Shown here piece by piece: positions 63,540 through 64,000 of a stretch of DNA of 64,000 nucleotides (the stretch's first letter is position 1; every line of letters starts with the position of its first letter). Position numbers and translations under genes: made by a program. This DNA comes from Enoplolaimus lenunculus (Eukaryota), in the NCBI GenBank assembly GCA_030248215.1, contig JASANG010001414.1, positions 62,001 through 126,000 of the forward strand. Reading direction: 5' to 3'. A model generated the notes under the pieces. The model searched no databases and had not been told where the DNA came from. It worked only from the letters and a program-made list of their open reading frames with translations.

Positions 63540-63692
63540 AAAGGCCCGGACCGCGAATTCCAACTTCTCATCCCATGGGTCTGCAATTTACAGCGCCCGT
63601 TTTGCGAATATACATGGTTTTCCACTCCGGGAATCGAACCTCGGACCTCTCGCTCGTGAGTCAAGCGCGCTACCCATTATACCACGCGGCCG
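63540..63692 (-). mobile_element. tRNA-derived SINE-like element (head 63692-63621)
   Basis: Minus strand GGCCGCGTGGTATAATGGGTAGC...AGGTCCGAGGTTCGATTCCCGG has A and B boxes, but the acceptor stem does not pair. Confidence 0.6.
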
Positions 63693-64000
63693 ATATTACA
63701 ATTTTCTTAAGTACGTACTATAGTGGTATATGTGTGCGTGTATGTGTAAGCATGTGTCTTAACGTTACATACACATTAGAACATACACTACGCCACGTAT
63801 CGCCACGCTTGCACCCATCATATGACGTTTCAGCGCAAAATAATTTGGTTACCTAGGCAGGTGGCGCCCACCTCTCAAAGCATTTGTTCCATAAAAATCA
63901 AGTTAGAAACTTTACCAGAGAATCAAACAATTTGTGCTCGATACGATGCAAACATGAACTAAGGAAACTAGCTATGTATTAACCATAAGTGTAACAAAAG

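Noticed and set aside
63621..63692. Possible tRNA-Val(CAC) gene
   Set aside because: Acceptor stem cannot pair and the anticodon stem is mismatched; treated as a SINE head.

Overview
AT-rich, intron-rich animal (invertebrate-like) genomic DNA, not prokaryotic. It contains four spliced host genes: GORASP/GRASP55-65 (-, ~6.3-15.1 kb), DDX24/Mak5 helicase (-, 23.0-32.2 kb), Axin (+, ~39.9-49.1 kb) and SF3B2/SAP145 (-, 51.5-62.0 kb). There are also two near-identical copies of a young L1/Tx1-clade non-LTR retrotransposon, in inverted orientation either side of GORASP. Introns and intergenic DNA carry many hAT-type MITEs with 8-bp TSDs, Helentron/DINE-1-like elements and tRNA-derived SINE heads. 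The main finding is that the retrotransposon's ORF1 (zinc knuckle + polyQ linker) ends in a full-length NADAR/YbiA-like domain, a family linked to ADP-ribose and riboflavin-intermediate N-glycosidase chemistry; several conserved active-site positions appear altered. The second, 5'-truncated copy sits inside the terminus of a hAT MITE, echoing the Xenopus Tx1L-in-Tx1D arrangement. All calls are from manual motif reading; no searches were run, and multi-exon gene boundaries are partly approximate.
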